Assembly (NCBI RefSeq): GCF_009834535.1
Contig: NC_045696.1
Span: forward strand, 54,004,001 to 54,068,000
Direction: 5' to 3'
DNA: 64,000 nt
Source: Camelus ferus
Taxonomy: Eukaryota
Part shown: positions 60,780-64,000 of the stretch, piece by piece
Layout: each line of letters starts with the position of its first letter
Position numbering within the stretch: the first letter of the stretch is position 1
Program-made: the position numbers and the translations under genes
Notes under the pieces: model-generated
The model's database searches: none
The model's input: only the letters and a program-made list of their open reading frames with translations
What the model was told of the DNA's origin: nothing

Positions 60780-63290
60780 TAAGCACTTTCTCTTTGTATT
60801 TTCTGTTCATCATAAACATGATGGTGCATTAGATTTTGCTGTATGATTGTGCCACAATTTATCTAATTGTACTGCAATTGCGGGGAATTTGGTTGTTTAT
60901 AACCCTTTAAAAATGAATAAAAGATAAATGACCTTTTCCATAAATCTTCTACTAAACTTCTGATTATTTTATTGGGATACATTTCTCAAAAGATAATTAG
61001 AGGTTTAAAGGGTACCACATTCAAATGTAACTACCTGTTTACCTGAAAGTATAATAAGCCTATAAAAATACAGGAGAAAATACACATTCCGAAATTCTAC
61101 TCATTTTTAGTCATGTCTCATATCTTCCTTAATATAGATATTTTATATTTTTGTTTTTCTTAGTTGGACCTTTTCCCTTTTACAATCTTTGGTAGGTGTA
61201 CAGGAAATCTATTATTTTTTGTATATTCACATATATCTGGTAACTTGACTTCTCTTCTTGGAGCTTTTGTACTAAATAACAAAAGTACCTAAAGGCTTGT
61301 TGTTAGAACTTTATTGCAGAACTCTTATATGAAATTAAACTTTTATTTTGCCCTCATCTAGAATTATTTTATTTCTAACTATGTTTTTAAAAAAGTGTCC
61401 TGTTTCATTTCTCCTTGTTTCCAAGTATACACTCACATCAAAAGCAAACAAATTTTCTTTCTAATAGATGCAAATAAATAGCTTACTTGCCTTGTTCTTG
61501 AATTTAATGGTTATACTCCTAGTGTTTCTAGAGTTATACTTCTTAAATATGAAATAGGATGGTAGTTTCAGATGCTTAACCTTTATCAGGTTAAAAGAAC
61601 ATTTTTCTTTACTAGTACTTTTTTGTTTATCATTATGCATGTAAATTTTAATCAGATTACTCCTGGCAGCTATGAAGATGATCACTATTTTTTCATTTGA
61701 TGTGCTGTTATTTCCTAATAATGGAAAAATAATAGATAATAATAAAAAAGTGGAAAATAACTGACTAGATTCTTTTATTCTTGAATTCAGCTTTATTGAT
61801 TACATTGTTAGTGTATACATTTTCAAATGTTGTTGAAACTATGTGATAATACCCTATTTATCAACACACATATATGTGATGTAAGTGTGTTGGATTTTCA
61901 TAACTATTTTGTTCAGGCTTTGGTTTCTAAGTTTCATACTTTTGAAGCTGAGAAGTTTTATCTCATGTTTTTGTTGTTTATACATACTATGAAAAAGTTA
62001 AGTTTACAAGCATCCGATCTTTGTAAGTTTGTTAGCATTAACCTGTAAAACAGTCTAGATCTAGAGTTATTTGGGGAGGTAATTCTTTGACAAAATACTA
62101 GCTTTCCCCAAGATTATTGGTTAGTTGATTCAGTAATTCAATTGTTATTTGCTGAGATCTATAAGTCATCTATCGTACTGAGTGGAGTATCACAAAATAA
62201 GATACTTATGGTCCCTATTATCAGAGGGTGAACTGCACTGAGAGAGCCTGACAGCAAGTAATCTCCAGAATAATTCTATGTGTTTTCCACTTGGGATTTT
62301 TTATACTTAAAAAAAAAAAAAACCCATGGATTATGTTTGAAAAACTATAGTCTCTTATTACAGGGTGCAAAGATGCACATGTATATACACAATCTGGTGG
62401 GGGTCTTGGACCTCTTTTGAGGATATGATGGCAGTACCATGTTTCCAGAAAAGTTCACAGTCATACACAAATGCAACTTACATAGAGCTTTAGGATTTCA
62501 AGAACTCCAGAAGCCCATCTGTAAATTCTAGGTTGAGCAATATTTTTCTATGTCACTATTTTCTTTTTATCTCTTTGATCCAGAGATAACTACAGACATT
62601 GAATTCACACATAATTTTCCTTGCGTTTCTAATAATTTGATCAATTATTTAAATGTTACAGTATTCTGTACATAAAGGCTTAAACTTCTGAAATATTCAT
62701 CATGGAATCTCCCTTTTTTAAATATAAAATTAATCTCTATTCAGCACTTAATGATTTTTGTCTTTAATTATGTTTTGTCTAGTGTTAATATTTAATGATC
62801 TCTATTTTCTTTTTCTTTTGGTTGGTAAGACAAAAACATTAAACATCTTTAACTTTTTTGTCTTTTTAAAAAGATGTATTTCTTGGTTGAATTAATTTTA
62901 TCAACTCAATTTGTGAGACTTTCAGATAATAATACTTGATTCATAAAATTGCTGTAAGGATTAAGTGGCATAAAGCATTTAAAGGATGTAGAATAACATA
63001 GCATAGGGCCAGGCAGATGCTGAGAAGTAATAAATGTTCAGAATCATTGTCATTAACATTACCACTAGTTATTTAATAAAGGGATTGAAATAATTTGTAG
63101 CGATTCTCAAAATGGATCTATAATTTTACTTTTGTCATTTTGCTTTGAGTATTTTTCTGATTCTTTCTACATTTTCTGTATTTTCCTAGACTATATACTT
63201 TCTTGCATTGTACATAGCATGCATGTCTCTTTTTTGATTGATACATGGATACATATTTTGTTTCTAATTCTACTTTGTGGTTATCTTTGC
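60780..63290 (-). mobile_element. Very old fragmented L1 (L1ME/L1M5-like) with nested insertions
   Basis: T-rich antisense L1-like text: 'tgtgccacaatttatctaa...ggggaatttggttgttt', 'ttgccttgttcttgaatttaatgg', 'tttaattatgttttgtctagtgttaata'. Confidence 0.55.
62390..62545. mobile_element. hAT-Charlie MER (MER102/MER112-like)
   Basis: 'ggggtcttggacctcttttgagga...ccagaaaagttcaca...gaagcccatctgtaaattctaggttgag'. Confidence 0.5.
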
Positions 63291-63313
63291 ACTCTGAAAG
63301 TAATCTTTTAAAA

Positions 63314-63441
63314 ATTATTTTATTTTTATTATTTTTTTGGGTGGGGGGAGGTAATTAGGTTTATTTATTTTTGAGGATTGAACCTAGGATCTTGTGTATG
63401 GTAAGCACGCAGTCTACCACTTGAGCTATATCCTCCCCCCA
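63314..63441 (-). mobile_element. Vic-1-type camelid SINE with small internal deletion
   Basis: 'gggaggtaattaggtttatttattt...ggattgaacctagg...ctaccacttgagctatatcctcccc'; 23-bp TSD at 63291-63313 and 63442-63464. Confidence 0.9.
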
Positions 63442-63464
63442 ACTCCAAAAGTAATCTTTTAAAA

Positions 63465-63710
63465 TGTAAAATATTACAAACGTGGAAAACTACAGAGAGT
63501 AATGTAACCAACAACAGACACCAATGTTGCAGTCAGATTTAACAGACGTAACATTTTGCTCTACTTGTTTCCGATCTTTCTCTCTCTTAAGGAAATGAAC
63601 CAATAAGGATGGAGCCAAGGTTGGAGCCAAAGCCCAATTCCACATTTCCCACAGAGAACCACTATCCTGAAGTAGGTATTTCTATGCATGTGTTATACTT
63701 TCATTAACGG
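63465..63710 (-). mobile_element. L1ME-like 3' end
   Basis: 'aaactacagagagtaatgtaac...taacattttgc...ccacagagaaccactatcctgaagt'. Confidence 0.5.
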
Positions 63711-64000
63711 AATCTTCATTCCACTAATTGTAAAAGTTAATAATTAAATACCGTTCTTGAGCTGCCCCTTTGTAAAATCAGGAATTTAGCACTTTTGCGC
63801 TCTACTGCTCTACCTTGTTTTTGCTGTAACGTCAAGTTTTAGATATAGACTATAATCCTTTATTAAATTTTCATTTTTATATAACATACCTTTTAATATT
63901 TATTTTAGATCTTTGACTTTTTGTAAAAAATGACTTTAACTTTCAGCTCTGACTTTAAATGGTTTTAATGTTTCCTACTAGTCTTTTTACATGTGATTTC

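Noticed and set aside
63605..63628. 12-bp tandem duplication aagg(a/t)tggagcc
   Set aside because: Ordinary slippage inside an old L1
1..64000. CRISPR array, operon or other prokaryotic/viral system
   Set aside because: No spaced direct-repeat array and no long ORFs; the sequence is clearly mammalian with lineage-specific retroposons

Overview
AT-rich, CpG-poor mammalian non-coding DNA, very probably camelid (alpaca/llama/camel). The basis is three tRNA-Ala(AGC)-derived SINEs of the Vic-1 type plus cetartiodactyl-type L1 3' ends. I recognise no known protein-coding gene; the ORF track looks like chance ORFs plus L1 ORF2 remnants. A large part of the window is decayed transposable elements (MIR, L2, L3/CR1, L1, MaLR/ERVL/ERV1 LTRs, hAT MERs) and microsatellites. 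Between them lie repeat-free blocks with retained CpGs and dense homeodomain-type motifs that look like conserved enhancers, as in a large intron or gene desert. The best candidate for something undescribed is a minus-strand unit at about 12.9-13.2 kb. It has a perfect 17-bp-arm hairpin, a canonical TATA box, an Inr-like motif, a short first exon with a Kozak-compatible first ATG, and a GTAAG donor. It could splice in frame to an acceptor at 6327 to give a 50-aa micropeptide, which is speculative. Repeat family names come from recalled consensus similarity, not a database search, and repeat boundaries are approximate.
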